Assembly (NCBI RefSeq): GCF_040938485.1 | Contig: NW_027270909.1 | Span: 3,162,001 to 3,226,000 of the forward strand | Direction of reading: 5' to 3' | DNA length: 64,000 nt | From: Diadema antillarum | Lineage: Eukaryota | Shown: positions 63,245 through 64,000 of the stretch, in pieces | Position numbering within the stretch: position 1 is the stretch's first letter | Layout of the letters: every line of letters starts with the position of its first letter | Notes under the pieces: generated by a model | Database searches by the model: none | Seen by the model: the letters and a program-made list of their open reading frames with translations, nothing else | Told to the model about the DNA's origin: nothing | Made by a program: the position numbers and the translations under genes

Positions 63245-64000
63245 ATGAATGTGAGTCCTACCACCACTTTAGTTTGACATTCAAGAAGAGTCGTGCCATT
63301 ATGACTATCTTACCATCACACCTGACATTGACAGTTGGTATCGTTGCAATTACAATTCCGCATGGTATTTCAGTTGACTGCCTGCGCTCGTCTTTCATCT
63401 AGCAAACACTCGAAAATTTTGTCGCGGTGTACCCTATGTACTAGATTCAATTTATTTTGCATTTGTCAACTAATGCAGGTTAATGTATTTCTGCAAAAGT
63501 CGTGTGTAATTTGTCTATATCAAGAAACAAAAGGACAAGATTTATCGTAATTAAGTATTCCATTTAAATGATTACCTATTTGCATTGAAACTCCGTTACT
63601 AGTTGAAATGCGAATAGTATTGAAGCTGTTTTCCACTTATCATGTTTTCTGCATTGAAATTAGCAATTATTTTGACAAAATTTTATCCATATGGCCGTAT
63701 GGACGTAGCATTTACCTATTTCTTATCATTTTGCCTCATCAGACCCTACTTCTTTTTACGTCGATGGCAGCAGCAGCAGCTATCATCCAGACCGTCACAT
63801 CGTCACCAGTCCCAAGCACCTCTCAGGCATGTCTGCCAATAGACGCAGCTGATTCCCATCGACGAGAACTGAACTCTAATCTTTTCTATCCCAAAGCGGC
63901 AGCATTCGCCGTACAAAGTTTCAACCTGTCGACCAGTGATATGGGCTTGGCCCACACGTCGAGCTGTCCATTTGATGGCGTCTCCAGCCCGCAGAACTGC
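63245..64000 (+). CDS. IL17: Interleukin-17 family cytokine, gene E, 5' part; join(63245..63250, 63743..>64000)
   Basis: ATG AAT|GTGAGT, 492-bp intron; exon 2 is open for 86 codons to the window end (TLLLFTSMAAAAAIIQTVTSSPVP...SSPQNC) and nearly identical to gene C. Not in the ORF track. Confidence 0.9.

Noticed and set aside
25555-64000. The whole array as falsely duplicated haplotypes
   Set aside because: Spacers differ by many indels and several private TE insertions, more than expected for alleles. It is not fully excluded for C versus E because a gap lies between them.

Overview
Eukaryotic, AT-rich, repeat-rich genomic DNA with spliceosomal introns, microsatellites and two assembly gaps. 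An echinoderm such as a sea urchin is my inference from the gene and repeat types. The main content is a cluster of five interleukin-17 (IL-17) family cytokine genes. Gene A is on the minus strand (21283->20115). Genes B, C, D and E are on the plus strand (ATG at 25555, 35154, 50211 and 63245), and E runs off the window end. Each gene has a two-codon first coding exon (ATG-AAA or ATG-AAT, then GT) and one large second exon. The ORF track therefore mis-starts A, C and D inside introns, starts B at an internal Met, and misses E. B-E lie in a tandem segmental array with periods of about 9.6, 15.1 and 13.0 kb. The spacers are homologous but old, and each carries different transposon insertions. 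The genes show patchwork near-identity with sharp breakpoints, which points to gene conversion or unequal crossing-over. Promoters carry kB-like sites, a TGAC motif, an ETS-like motif and a TATA box. Other content: a 5'-truncated Vingi/Ingi-like LINE nested in a short-LTR element, a 3-kb foldback element, a 5.2-kb CMC/EnSpm-like non-autonomous element, Sola-like and Kolobok-like MITEs, CR1/L2 3' fragments, and several decayed, unidentified reading frames. No rRNA, tRNA or CRISPR array is supported.
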